This document shows positions 26,488 through 37,116 of a stretch of 64,000 nt of DNA, piece after piece. The translations under genes and the position numbers were made by a program. Every line of letters starts with the position of its first letter. Within the stretch, counting starts at the first letter, position 1. The notes under the pieces were generated by a model that was not told the DNA's origin, did not search any database, and saw only the letters and a list, made by a program, of their open reading frames with translations. Source of the DNA: Chloroflexota bacterium. GTDB lineage: Bacteria; Chloroflexota; Anaerolineae; Anaerolineales; UBA4823. Location of the stretch: NCBI GenBank assembly GCA_029265355.1, contig JAJUJL010000015.1, forward strand, positions 55,012-119,011, read 5' to 3'.

Positions 26488-28160
26488 TCCAGGCGGCGCG
26501 GCACCCAGGCCATCACGGTGGTGCCTTCTTCAGGAGCGGAGGTGATTTCTACATCGCCGCCCACCTTGCGCGCCCGGATGTGCATATTGGACAGGCCGTG
26601 CCCCAGGGTGACGCTCATTTTGTGGGGATCGAAGCCGCGCCCATTGTCCACCACTTCCAGCACAACGCGGTCTTTGGTGCTCCACAAATTGACCATGGTG
26701 CGGCGCGCCTGGGAGTGCTTGGCGGCGTTGGCCAGCGCTTCCTGGCAGATGTGGAAGAGCGCGGTGGCGTGCGAGGTGGGCAGGCCGGTCAGGCTGTCGT
26801 CTGGCGCATTCAGCGTCACCTCCGAGAGCGTGTTCAGGCGATATTCTTCCACCAGGCGCTTCATACCCTCCACCAGGTTTTCGCCGACCAACTGGCGCGG
26901 GCGCAAGTCAAGGATATAGGTGCGGATGTCGCGGATGGTCTTGTTCAGGCTGTCGATCACCTGCTCGATTTTCTTGCGCGAAAGCTCGGGGTCCTCATCG
27001 ATCGCGACCCGGGCGTACTCCAGCGCCAGCCCAACGGCATAGATGGATTGGATGATGCCATCGTGCAGGTCCATGCCGATGCGTTCGCGCTCTTCCAGCA
27101 CCGCCAGGCGGGCTGCCTGCCGGTGCAGGTGGGCGTTTTCGATGGTGATGCCTGCCCAGGCGCCGATGGAGGTGAGCAGGTTGAGTTCGCGCTGCTCGAA
27201 GCTGCGCTCGTTGCGCGATGCCAGGCTCATCACGCCCAGTGTGCGGCCGCCGGCTTGCAGCGGGATGCACGCCAGGCAGCGGAAGCCGGCTTTGACCACC
27301 GCCGGGCGGAGGAAGCGCACGTCGCTGCCCAGGTCGAGGCTGACCAGCGCTTTGCCGCCCTCGGCAGCCAGCCCGATCATGCCCTCGCCCACCCGGAAGC
27401 GATCCTTGCTGAGAAAGGCCTCGGTGTACTCGCCGCGGTGCAGCGCCAGGCGCAATTCCTTTCCGCCCTCTTCCATCAAGTACATTTCACCAGCTTCGAT
27501 GCCCAGGTAGGCCATGACCCGGCTGAGGGTGGTTTCCAGGATTTCACTGATTTCCAGCGTGGTCGCCAGGGAAGAGGCGATATCGTTGATCAGCGCCAGG
27601 TCCTGGTTGCGGCGCACCAGCTCCTGGTCGCGCTGCACCAGGTCCTCATACAAGCGGGCGTTGTTGATGGCAATGGCGGCGTAGGCTGCCAGTGTCTCGA
27701 TGACGCGCTCATCCGCCTCGGTGAACTCGGTGTGCGTTTCTTTGTTGGTCAGGTAAATCTGCCCCATGACGCGTGAGCCGAGCATGATCGGCACGCCCAA
27801 GAAAGACGTCATTTCGGGGTGCCCGCTGGGAAAGCCGGTGCTCTTGGGATCGTCTTTCAGATTGGCAACCCGGATCGAGCGCCGCTCGGCGCGCATGGCG
27901 CCCAACAGGCCACGGCCAACCGGAGGATGCCCGGTCTGGCGCACTTCCTGCGGCGACATACCCACTGGAATAAATTTGACCAGGTTGCCCTGCTCGTCCA
28001 TCACTCCCAGGGCGGCATAGGCGGCGTCTACCTGTTCGCGGGCCAGCTTAACGATGCGCTCCAGCACGGTTTCCAGAGACAGGTCGCGCACCAATTCCAG
28101 GCTGGCGCGGTGAAGCGCTGCCAGCCGGTCTTCGAGCTGCTCGCGGGTCAGTAAAGCCAT
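26484..28160 (-). CDS. Cytoplasmic GAF-GAF sensor histidine kinase (HisKA_3/NarL-partner class)
   Basis: Start trimmed to ATG 28160 behind GGTGAGGA. Two GAF units. H-box ERERIGMDLHDGIIQ. HATPase motifs NAAKHS, DNGRGF, GHGLSNM. Stop overlaps the TrmH start (ATGA). Confidence 0.85.
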   Translation of the reverse strand: MALLTREQLEDRLAALHRASLELVRDLSLETVLERIVKLAREQVDAAYAALGVMDEQGNLVKFIPVGMSPQEVRQTGHPPVGRGLLGAMRAERRSIRVANLKDDPKSTGFPSGHPEMTSFLGVPIMLGSRVMGQIYLTNKETHTEFTEADERVIETLAAYAAIAINNARLYEDLVQRDQELVRRNQDLALINDIASSLATTLEISEILETTLSRVMAYLGIEAGEMYLMEEGGKELRLALHRGEYTEAFLSKDRFRVGEGMIGLAAEGGKALVSLDLGSDVRFLRPAVVKAGFRCLACIPLQAGGRTLGVMSLASRNERSFEQRELNLLTSIGAWAGITIENAHLHRQAARLAVLEERERIGMDLHDGIIQSIYAVGLALEYARVAIDEDPELSRKKIEQVIDSLNKTIRDIRTYILDLRPRQLVGENLVEGMKRLVEEYRLNTLSEVTLNAPDDSLTGLPTSHATALFHICQEALANAAKHSQARRTMVNLWSTKDRVVLEVVDNGRGFDPHKMSVTLGHGLSNMHIRARKVGGDVEITSAPEEGTTVMAWVPRRLE

Positions 28161-28441
28161 GGGATAATCCTCACCGTGAGAATATTTTACACCAAATGGC
28201 TCATAATTTGGGAGTGTGAGTGGGATGCTGTGTTGCTCATTCCCACTTTCAAAAGCTGCTGGCATGATGTGGGCCATGCAAAATGACCTGAAAGGGAGTT
28301 GCCACCATCGGCACAGTCGGGTCAAAAACCACCCGAGGCTGGCCTCGCCGTGGCCGCGAAGATGCAAAAGATTGATAGTTTTTGCCAGTTCGCAGGCGGT
28401 AAAAATAGGCTCGATATTGGTGTTATCAAGAGGATGGAAGC

Positions 28442-29716
<1,275 letters not shown>

Positions 29717-29830
29717 GGCTGAGGATTGGTAAGACTTTTTTTCCTGGCGATCATTACCAGACCTGCGCTCTGTGCTGGTCGCGGCAACCGCCTGTTGTTT
29801 AGAAATACTGTGCAATAACTTTACATAACC

Positions 29831-29858
29831 TTGACAATCTGATCAAACCTGCTATAAT
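29831..29858 (+). promoter_or_regulatory. Consensus sigma-70 promoter in front of the HMGCS-thiolase-DUF35 genes
   Basis: TTGACA (29831-29836), 16 nt, TATAAT (29853-29858). Confidence 0.6.
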
Positions 29859-29891
29859 CTAAATCAGTGTAGACAGAGATGTAGGTGAAAA

Positions 29892-30974
29892 ATGGAAGCA
29901 CCCCTCCCCGAAAATCAGAATATCTTACTCAAACCGTCTCGTCCGGTGGGCGTCGCCGGTTATGGGGCTTACGTGCCACGCTACCGGCTGCCGGCTTCGG
30001 AAGTTGCCCGGGTGTGGACCGATGGGCAGGGCGGCCTGCCGATCAAAGAGAAAGCCGTGCCCGGCCTGGACGAAGACGTGGCGACCATGTCGATCGAGGC
30101 GGCGCGCAACGCCTTGAAGCGCGCTGGCGTCGCCCCAACCAACATACGCGCCGTTTGGGTTGGCTCCGAGTCGCACCCTTATGCGGTCAAGCCCACTTCC
30201 ACGCTGGTGGCGGAAGCCATCGGCGCGGTGCCCAACGTGCAGGCCGCCGACTGGCAGTTTGCCTGTAAAGCCGGCACCGAAGCCATGGTGGCGGCGATCG
30301 GTTTCATCGGTTCGGGCATGGCGGACTACGCCCTGGCGATCGGCATGGACACGGCGCAAGGGCGCCCTGGCGACGCGCTCGAGTACACCGCTGGCGCGGG
30401 TGGGGCGGCCTTCTTGCTTGGCCCAGCGGAGGACTCGCTGGCGGTGATCGAGCACAGCTACTCCTACGTGACCGATACGCCGGATTTTTGGCGCAGGCAG
30501 TACCAGAAATACCCTGAGCACGGGCAGCGTTTCACCGGCGAGCCGGCCTACTTCAAGCACATCACCGAGGCCGCCGAGACGCTGATGAAAGCCAATGGCA
30601 CCACCGCCGCGGATTACAAATACGCTGTCTTTCACCAGCCCAACACCAAGTTTCCGCAGCGCGTGGCAGCCAGCCTGGGCTTCAGCAAGGAACAGATCGC
30701 CCCGGGCTTGCTGGTGCCGGTGATCGGCAACACCTACGCTGGCGCAGCCATTATTGGCCTGACCGCTATACTGGATATCGCCGAGCCTGGCGACCGCATC
30801 TTGATGGTCTCCTTCGGCTCGGGGGCCGGTTCGGATGCCTTCTCGATCCGCGTGACGGACTTGATCAGCGAGCGACGCCTGCGCGCCCCGCGCACCCAGG
30901 ATTACATCGCTCGCCGCACCGAGATCGATTACGCCACCTATGCTCGCCTGCGCGGCAAGCTAACGATGAAGTAA
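29892..30974 (+). CDS. Archaeal-type hydroxymethylglutaryl-CoA synthase (KAS-III-like)
   Basis: 360 aa, thiolase-fold condensing enzyme. Cys in [18 protein letters not shown] His region, GNTYAGAA Asn region. Gene context with HMGR, thiolase and DUF35. Confidence 0.85.
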   Translation: MEAPLPENQNILLKPSRPVGVAGYGAYVPRYRLPASEVARVWTDGQGGLPIKEKAVPGLDEDVATMSIEAARNALKRAGVAPTNIRAVWVGSESHPYAVKPTSTLVAEAIGAVPNVQAADWQFACKAGTEAMVAAIGFIGSGMADYALAIGMDTAQGRPGDALEYTAGAGGAAFLLGPAEDSLAVIEHSYSYVTDTPDFWRRQYQKYPEHGQRFTGEPAYFKHITEAAETLMKANGTTAADYKYAVFHQPNTKFPQRVAASLGFSKEQIAPGLLVPVIGNTYAGAAIIGLTAILDIAEPGDRILMVSFGSGAGSDAFSIRVTDLISERRLRAPRTQDYIARRTEIDYATYARLRGKLTMK

Positions 30975-31034
30975 TGGTTGTGTAAGTGTCTGGGCGAGCG
31001 ATGCTTGCTCAGACACCTCCATAGAGGAATTTTT

Positions 31035-32198
31035 ATGACTGACGTAGTCATTGCAGGGATTGGACAAACCGAAGTTGGCGAGCATTGGGATGTTTCGCTG
31101 CGCGAGCTGGCCTTCTACGCCATCGAGGCCGCTATGGCCGACGCCGGCGGTTTGCGCCCGCAAGCGCTGTTTGTTGGCAACATGGTCTCGCCGCTGCTCT
31201 CTAACCAGGCGCACCTGGGGGCGTTGATCGCTGATTTCGCCGGTTTGAACGGCATCGAGGCGCTGACGCTGGAAGCAGCAGGCGCCTCCGGCGGTGTGGC
31301 GCTGCGCGTGGGCTACATGGCAGTCGCTTCTGGGCAGGCCGACGTGGCGCTGGTGGTGGGCGTGGAAAAGATTTCTGACCAGGTGGGCACGCCTGTGGAA
31401 GCCGCTCTGGCGACTTCCGGCGACAGCGATTACGAGGCGGTGCAGGGCATCACGCCCAACGCCCAGGCGGCGCTGCTGATGCGCCGCTATCTGCACGAGT
31501 TCGACGCGCCGCGCGAAGCTTTTGGCGGGTTCCCGCTGATTGCGCATGCCAACGGGGCCGGCAATCCCAAAGCTATGTTTCGCAAAGCGATCAACGCCGA
31601 CACCTACAACAAGGCTGGCATGGTCAGCGACCCGCTGAATATGTTCGATGTGGCGCCGGTTGCCGATGGCGCGGCAGCCATTTTGCTCACCCGCGCCGAG
31701 CTGCTCCCGCCGGGTTTTCCGCACCCTCTGGTGCGCATTGCCGGCTCCAGCATGGTGACCGACACGCTCTCGCTGCACGACCGACCCGACCCGCTCGTCT
31801 TTCATGCTGCCCGTCTCTCGGTCGAAAAGGCCTGCCAGCAGGCGCGCATCACCCCGGCCCAGGTGGACCTGTTCGAGCTGTACGACGCTTACTCGATCTA
31901 CGCCGCGCTTTCGTTAGAGGCGGCTGGCTTTGCTGCCCGCGGGCAGGCCTGGAAGTTGGTGCAAAACGGGCAGCTTGCGCTGGGCGGCTCGATGCCCATC
32001 CTGACCATGGGCGGCTTGAAGGCGCGCGGCAACCCGGGCGGCGCCACCGGCGTGTACCAGGCGGTGGAAGCTGTGCTCCAATTGCGCGGCCAGGCAGGCA
32101 AAAACCAGGTGGTTGGGGCGCGGCGAGCGATGGTGCAGAGCCTGGGCGGTCCGGCTTCCTCGGCGGTGACCCATATTTTGGAAGTTAACCCGGCTTGA
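31035..32198 (+). CDS. Archaeal-type thiolase-domain protein (acetoacetyl-CoA thiolase partner of HMGCS)
   Basis: ATG 31035. MTDVVIAGIGQTEVGEH..., GASGGVAL, C-terminal GGLKARGNPGGATG. About 387 aa. Confidence 0.85.
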   Translation: MTDVVIAGIGQTEVGEHWDVSLRELAFYAIEAAMADAGGLRPQALFVGNMVSPLLSNQAHLGALIADFAGLNGIEALTLEAAGASGGVALRVGYMAVASGQADVALVVGVEKISDQVGTPVEAALATSGDSDYEAVQGITPNAQAALLMRRYLHEFDAPREAFGGFPLIAHANGAGNPKAMFRKAINADTYNKAGMVSDPLNMFDVAPVADGAAAILLTRAELLPPGFPHPLVRIAGSSMVTDTLSLHDRPDPLVFHAARLSVEKACQQARITPAQVDLFELYDAYSIYAALSLEAAGFAARGQAWKLVQNGQLALGGSMPILTMGGLKARGNPGGATGVYQAVEAVLQLRGQAGKNQVVGARRAMVQSLGGPASSAVTHILEVNPA

Positions 32199-32273
32199 GC
32201 CAGGTTTGATAGCAATTGATAGCATTGTATTTGTATACTTCATCACAGATAACGGTTTCAAGGAGTGTATCGA

Positions 32274-32681
32274 ATGGAAATCTCACGTCACTGGCGACTT
32301 CGAAAGCAGCGTTATGCCCTGGTGGGCGAGGTTTGCCCGCACTGCGAGGCCAAGCTCTTCCCACCCCGTGATGTTTGCCCCGAATGCGGGCAGGAAGCCA
32401 AGACTTTGTACAACTTCAGCGGCCGCGGCGAAGTTTACTCCTTCACCACGGTGTACGATGCACCTGCCGGCTACGAAGAGTTTTCTCCGTACACCGTGGC
32501 GCTGGTCAAGCTGGAGGAAGGCCCGCTGGTCACCGCCCAACTGACCGACCTGGGCGAGCAGCCGGTGCAGATCGGCACGCCGGTTGAGATGGTCACCCGC
32601 AAACTGCGCTCGGATGGGGATGAGAGAGGCATGCTGGTGTATGGGTATAAGTTCCGACCGGTGCTTGCCAGTACTCATTGA
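32274..32681 (+). CDS. DUF35 Zn-ribbon/OB-fold protein
   Basis: ATG 32274 behind AGGAG. CPHCEAKLFPPRDVCPECG rubredoxin-like ribbon followed by an OB fold (GEVYSFTTVY...VALVKLEEGP). Confidence 0.85.
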   Translation: MEISRHWRLRKQRYALVGEVCPHCEAKLFPPRDVCPECGQEAKTLYNFSGRGEVYSFTTVYDAPAGYEEFSPYTVALVKLEEGPLVTAQLTDLGEQPVQIGTPVEMVTRKLRSDGDERGMLVYGYKFRPVLASTH

Positions 32682-32701
32682 GTAATTTTCAAGTGCTACA
32701 T

Positions 32702-32736
32702 AAAAGGCGATCTCCCAACCAGGAGATCGCCTTTTA
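32702..32736. terminator. Strong bidirectional rho-independent terminator
   Basis: AAAA-GGCGATCTCC-caacca-GGAGATCGCC-TTTT. Confidence 0.8.
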
Positions 32737-32892
32737 TCATACATGCTTAGATGTGCCTCTTGCCGGCTGATCCAACCGCCTGCATGTCAGGCTCTTTGTT
32801 GTGCCAGTCTTTGAGGTCGCTTGCTGATCGGACTTTGATTGTCACAATAGGTGGATCAGCCTGACTGAGGTGAGGAGAGCAGCGCAGGTACT

Positions 32893-33336
32893 CTATAAGA
32901 AAGCAAGCACGAGTAAAACCACAGCCAGGATCAGAGATCCGATCATGGCAAAAACATGGACAGGCATAATTTTTTCAAGGTCTGTAATATGCTCCACGGG
33001 TCTCTCGGGATTGTAACGTACCTGGATCGTTTCTCCTATCGTTTCAAGCAGCTTCTCCGCCTGCGGACGAAAACCTTTGCTGCCTAGAAACAGCTTCTTT
33101 TCGAACGGTCCGCCTGGAGCATCATAACGGTAGGTGACATCAGCGCGATACGAATAGCCGCCGCTGCTGCTGTTCTTGATCGATGAAATATTCCTGGACA
33201 ATACATTTCCGGTAGTGGCCGACCAACTCGCACTGGTGGTCTTCCTCCGATAAATCCCAAAAACTTTCAGCCCAAAAAAAACACTGACAGCGATCAATAA
33301 TGCTGCCAGCCCAATTATGAAAAACTGAGCATTCAT
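32893..33336 (-). CDS. DUF3592-like two-TM membrane protein
   Basis: ATG 33336 behind GGAGGG. TM, beta-rich region (YRADVTYRYDAPGG...IQVRYNPERP), TM. Lower GC than neighbours. Confidence 0.6.
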   Translation of the reverse strand: MNAQFFIIGLAALLIAVSVFFGLKVFGIYRRKTTSASWSATTGNVLSRNISSIKNSSSGGYSYRADVTYRYDAPGGPFEKKLFLGSKGFRPQAEKLLETIGETIQVRYNPERPVEHITDLEKIMPVHVFAMIGSLILAVVLLVLAFL

Positions 33337-33383
33337 TGTGCCCTCCATTTGTCCCGAGCTTTTCTTTGATTGGATATATTAGG

Positions 33384-33422
33384 ATTATTCAATCATTATA
33401 TTAGAACTTACGCCGATGGCAA
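33384..33422 (-). promoter_or_regulatory. Promoter of the DUF3592 gene with ArsR-operator-like element
   Basis: Minus strand TTGCCA (33422-33417), 16 nt, TATAAT (33400-33395). The 14-mer ATTATTCAATCATT (33384-33397, plus strand) is identical to the minus strand of the ArsR operator (24283-24296). Confidence 0.45.
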
Positions 33423-33545
33423 GAAATTGGGGTGTTTTGGCGGATGTAAAATAAAAACCGACCACCCCAGCTGAAAATTAACATCGAAAAATTGTCCATC
33501 GAAAGCCCAATTCCAGGTACGATAACGGACCTGGATGTAAAGGAG

Positions 33546-33992
33546 ATGCGTACGGTGGATGACTACGAAGAGATACGACGAACATATTTTGTGGAAACCC
33601 AGAGCATCCGGGCAATTCACCGGATGACTGGGTATGACCGGGAGACAATCCGCAAGGCCATAGTGCATGCGGCGCCAACGCCCTACACGCTGGTAAAGCC
33701 GCGCGAGGCGCCGGTGATAGAACCTTACGAACAACGAATAAGTGAGCTGCTGCAAGAGAGCCAAAAGCAGAAACGGAAGCAACGCTATACCGCGCACCGC
33801 ATCTACGAGATCTTGCGCAGTGAAGGCTACACCGGTAGTGAAGGTGTGGTGCATAACTGTGTCAGCCGGGAGCGGAGGAAAGACGAGTGCAAGGAGAAGT
33901 ACATCCCGCTTGAAATCGACCCTGGGCAAGACGGCCAGGTGGATTGGGGCGAAGCTGAAGTGATGCGTAATCCGGGAGAAAGCGGCCACTGA
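33546..33992 (+). mobile_element. istA: IS21-family transposase (IstA) N-terminal fragment, truncated
   Basis: AAGGAG-ATG 33546. HTH (QSIRAIHRMTGYDRETIRKAI), YTAHRIYEILRSEGYTGSEGVV, then PGQDGQVDWGEAEV, then stop. About 148 aa of an expected 400-500. No istB and no recognisable IS ends. Confidence 0.75.
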
Positions 33993-34134
33993 ATCCGGAG
34001 CATTTCGTCCACCCAATCCGGTAGAAGCCGACGCTGAAATCAGCGTCGAACATAAACCCACCTACGGAGAGCGTGAGATCGAAATTCAAGTCAAGTGGCA
34101 ATGTTGAGAGAGACTGCCACTTGATTTTCCTCTT

Positions 34135-34794
34135 TCATAAGTTTTCCTCGGTGATTCCACTTCGCACTGCCAGCAACGCTGCCTGGGTGCGGTCATTCAC
34201 CTGCAGTTTGGACAGGATGCGGCTGACCAAATTCTTTACCGTTCCCTCCGAAAGATGCAGCGAGTCGGCGATCTCAGAGTTGTTCCTGCCCTTGCCAATC
34301 AAGCGCAGAACATCCCGCTCACGAGGGTTCAACGCTTTCAACAGCGAACTGTCGAATTCCATGTTTTTCCCCTTGACTTGCGAAAACAACTTTCCCGCTA
34401 CACCTGGGTCAACCGGTGTTTTGCCGCTCATCGTGTCATAAATCGCCTTGACCAAACTCTCTCGCGGCGTGTTCTTCAGCAAATAGCCGTGTGCGCCTGC
34501 ACGAATGGCATCAAAGACCCATTCATCCTCATCGTAAGTTGTCAGCGCCAGCACTCGCACATCGAGATAGTCCCTCGTGATGTGAAGTGTTGCCTGGATG
34601 CCGTTCATGAGCGGCATTTTCAGGTCCATCAAAATCAAGTCAGGGTGAACCTGGTCAATCAATTCGATGGCTTCTTCACCGTTGTGCGCCATACCCACGA
34701 CCTCTATATCCCTGACGGTGCTGAGAATGGCTTTGAATCCTTCGCAGACAACTGCCTGATCGTCGCAAATCAAAACGCGGATGGGTTTTTTCAT
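34135..34794 (-). CDS. NarL/LuxR-family response regulator
   Basis: REC (VLICDDQ...LILMDLKMP...LTTYDED) plus LuxR HTH (LNPRERDVLRLIGKGRNNSEIADSLHLSEGTVKN). Confidence 0.9.
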   Translation of the reverse strand: MKKPIRVLICDDQAVVCEGFKAILSTVRDIEVVGMAHNGEEAIELIDQVHPDLILMDLKMPLMNGIQATLHITRDYLDVRVLALTTYDEDEWVFDAIRAGAHGYLLKNTPRESLVKAIYDTMSGKTPVDPGVAGKLFSQVKGKNMEFDSSLLKALNPRERDVLRLIGKGRNNSEIADSLHLSEGTVKNLVSRILSKLQVNDRTQAALLAVRSGITEENL

Positions 34795-36017
34795 TTGACG
34801 CTTTCGGGTAATCGCAGGCGGACTGTCGTTCCTTCATTGGGGGCGGATTGGATTTCGCACGTCCCGCCGAGTTGTTTGGCGCGGTCTCTCATTCCCTGCA
34901 AGCCAAAGCCATTGGCAATCGCCGGAGCGGCTTGGAATCCTTCTCCGTCGTCTGTGATTTCCAGCAATACAAAACCGTCCTGTTTTTTTAACACAACTTC
35001 CAACTTCCTGGCATTTGCATGTTGCAGGACGTTTGAAATCGCCTCCTGCGCCACCCGGTAGGCGCATTGTTCGATATCCGCAGGCAGCTTGCTGAAATCC
35101 CCGGAGATTTCCCTTACAAGAGACAGGTTGCCGCGTTTGGAGGCATCCGCGGCCAGCCGGTGAACCGCAATTGCCAGCCCAAATGTCTCAAGCGGCTCGG
35201 CGCGAATCGCCCGCACGGCGCGACGGGCTTCATCCAATCCGTTGTTGGCGGTATTCAGGGCGCTAATAAGCATTTCATACGCATGATTTCTGTTTTCAAA
35301 CCATAAACTTCGTACCGCTTCCAATTCAACTGCCAGTGCGCTGAACGAGTGGGCAAGCACATCGTGCAATTCGCCTGCCAGGCGGTTTCTTTCCTGGGCC
35401 GCGGCGAGTTGCTCCCGAATCTCGGCCTGCCCCTTGAGTTCGGCGCGCTGTTGTCTCTGTGTTGCCACAAGGCGATTCACCACAAAGCCGACGATAGCAA
35501 GGAAGACAACAATCGAAAAGGCGGTGTAAAGGGCGAAGCTCGCAGGCATCTGCCCGAACTGGATAATGGGCAAGCTCATGAAAAACAGGATTACCCCGCT
35601 CAAAACACAATACACCAGCATCGTCAATAACGAGTACTGCCATGCAATGAGTATCACGACCACCAACAGGGTCATCACAGGCGCTTGCGCCTCGCCAGTG
35701 CTTCCACGCAAGATAATTCCCTGGTTGCGAACCAGCACCTCAAAGATTGGAAATGAGGTGAGCAAAGCCAACCCTGTCGGCAGATAGAATCTTCCCAACA
35801 TCGTCGCCGCCCGATTTGAAAAGAGATAAACCAGCAGAAAAATCGTCTCACCCACGACGAACAAAATAGAAATCAGGAAAGTATCCGAAGCACCGATGCC
35901 CAATCGCAAGCTATGCGAGAGGATGGTGAAAAAGAGCCGAATGGTCACAAACGCTCTGAAAGTTTTCAACAGACCTGGCTCAAGTACAAGGGTGGCGGCT
36001 TCGCTTGGATTCTTCAT
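34791..36017 (-). CDS. Membrane-embedded sensor histidine kinase (HisKA_3 class)
   Basis: About 6 TM helices. H-box ERNRLAGELHDVLAHSF. SNVLQHANA, TDDGEGF, GFGLQGMRDRA. ATGA overlap with the RR gene. Confidence 0.85.
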   Translation of the reverse strand: MKNPSEAATLVLEPGLLKTFRAFVTIRLFFTILSHSLRLGIGASDTFLISILFVVGETIFLLVYLFSNRAATMLGRFYLPTGLALLTSFPIFEVLVRNQGIILRGSTGEAQAPVMTLLVVVILIAWQYSLLTMLVYCVLSGVILFFMSLPIIQFGQMPASFALYTAFSIVVFLAIVGFVVNRLVATQRQQRAELKGQAEIREQLAAAQERNRLAGELHDVLAHSFSALAVELEAVRSLWFENRNHAYEMLISALNTANNGLDEARRAVRAIRAEPLETFGLAIAVHRLAADASKRGNLSLVREISGDFSKLPADIEQCAYRVAQEAISNVLQHANARKLEVVLKKQDGFVLLEITDDGEGFQAAPAIANGFGLQGMRDRAKQLGGTCEIQSAPNEGTTVRLRLPESVK

Positions 36018-36027
36018 GAATGGCCAA

Positions 36028-36078
36028 ATTGTAGCATTCTTCTGTCAGAATTAAAGTGACCTCGGTCACTTGTTTTTA
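36028..36078 (-). promoter_or_regulatory. Near-leaderless promoter of the two-component operon with upstream dyad
   Basis: Minus strand TACAAT (36033-36028) lies only 10 nt before ATG 36017. Dyad AAGTGAC-ctcg-GTCACTT (36054-36071) sits just upstream of the weak -35 region. Confidence 0.4.
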
Positions 36079-36224
36079 TGACCAGGGAAACTATCGTATT
36101 TCCGTGATACGGCGATAATGGAATAGAGTCGCACATTGAAATATATCGGTTCAACCTGCGGTGGAAAGGCTGATGATCCGCAGTCGATCGGTAGTTGATA
36201 GAGGTGATAAGGAGCAACCAGAAA

Positions 36225-36440
36225 ATGAGCAGTAAACCACGCTTAGTTGGAGTTTGGATGGCTTCAGGCACATTGGTTGGGGCGTTGATCGGCGCAATCA
36301 TCGGAATTCTTTCCCATGATTGGGACTGGATTGCCTTCGGGATTCCTCTCGGGCTGACGCTTGGATTTGGCATCGGCGCAGCTCGGGCATTTGGCGTTCA
36401 CGCAAAAAAGGATAAGAATGCAACCGACAACAATAAATGA
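36225..36440 (+). CDS. Small two-TM glycine-zipper membrane protein (71 aa)
   Basis: AGGAG 10 nt before ATG 36225. GxxxG arrays GALIGAIIG and GLTLGFGIG. Lys-rich tail. 23-nt overlap with the next gene. Confidence 0.5.
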   Translation: MSSKPRLVGVWMASGTLVGALIGAIIGILSHDWDWIAFGIPLGLTLGFGIGAARAFGVHAKKDKNATDNNK

Positions 36441-37116
36441 TGACAGCGCTAACTCACCAAACTACCTCGCCTCCCTTTTGCGGGAGAATCGCAAGTTAAT
36501 ATTGTGTGAAATTCTTCTCATGGCGCTGCTCATCTGGATCGGAATCCCGCCCAGCGCTACGATCTATCTCCTCCTGCTGGCGTGGATACTCCTACGCCTG
36601 CGGGGACGTTCCTGGCGCGACCTCGGTTTGCGCACACCTGAAAACTGGAAGAAAACCCTGCTGCTTGGCATCGGAGGCGGCTTGTTTTATTTCTTACTGG
36701 CAACATGGGGTATTGGACCGCTTATCCAAAGTCTATTCGACGCGCAAAAGGATTTGTCCGTGTTCGATTCGATGGTTGGCAATTTCCCCATGCTGCTGAT
36801 CTGGCTCGCCGCGGCATGGACGCTGGCCGCCTTCGGCGAAGAAATGCTCTATCGCGGCTACATACAGAACCGCGTCGAAGACCTCATCCAAAACGCCTCG
36901 TTTAAATTCATCATCGGCGCACTGGCGAGCGCCATGCTGTTTGGTCTCGCTCACACCTATCAGGGTTGGGCAGGCGCAGTAACCTCCGTTGTATTCGGGA
37001 TTGTGCTTTCGGCAATTTATCATCTGGGCGGACGCAACCTATGGGCGTGCATCCTCTTTCACGGCGTTTTCAATACGCCTGGTTTGATGATCATCCATCT
37101 GGGAATGCATCTATGA
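36418..37116 (+). CDS. CPBP (CAAX/Abi) family intramembrane glutamic endopeptidase
   Basis: Motifs EEMLYRGY, FGLAHTYQG, FHGVFN in polytopic context. Start ATG 36418. Confidence 0.8.
   Translation: MQPTTINDDSANSPNYLASLLRENRKLILCEILLMALLIWIGIPPSATIYLLLLAWILLRLRGRSWRDLGLRTPENWKKTLLLGIGGGLFYFLLATWGIGPLIQSLFDAQKDLSVFDSMVGNFPMLLIWLAAAWTLAAFGEEMLYRGYIQNRVEDLIQNASFKFIIGALASAMLFGLAHTYQGWAGAVTSVVFGIVLSAIYHLGGRNLWACILFHGVFNTPGLMIIHLGMHL

Noticed and set aside
33408-34101. Minus-strand ORFs (217 aa and 79 aa) overlapping the IS21 fragment and the region downstream of it.
   Set aside because: No motifs, and they overlap the clearly IstA-like plus-strand reading frame. The 79-aa piece (LDLNFDLTLSVGGFMFDADF...) could be another gene relic, but I could not assign it.
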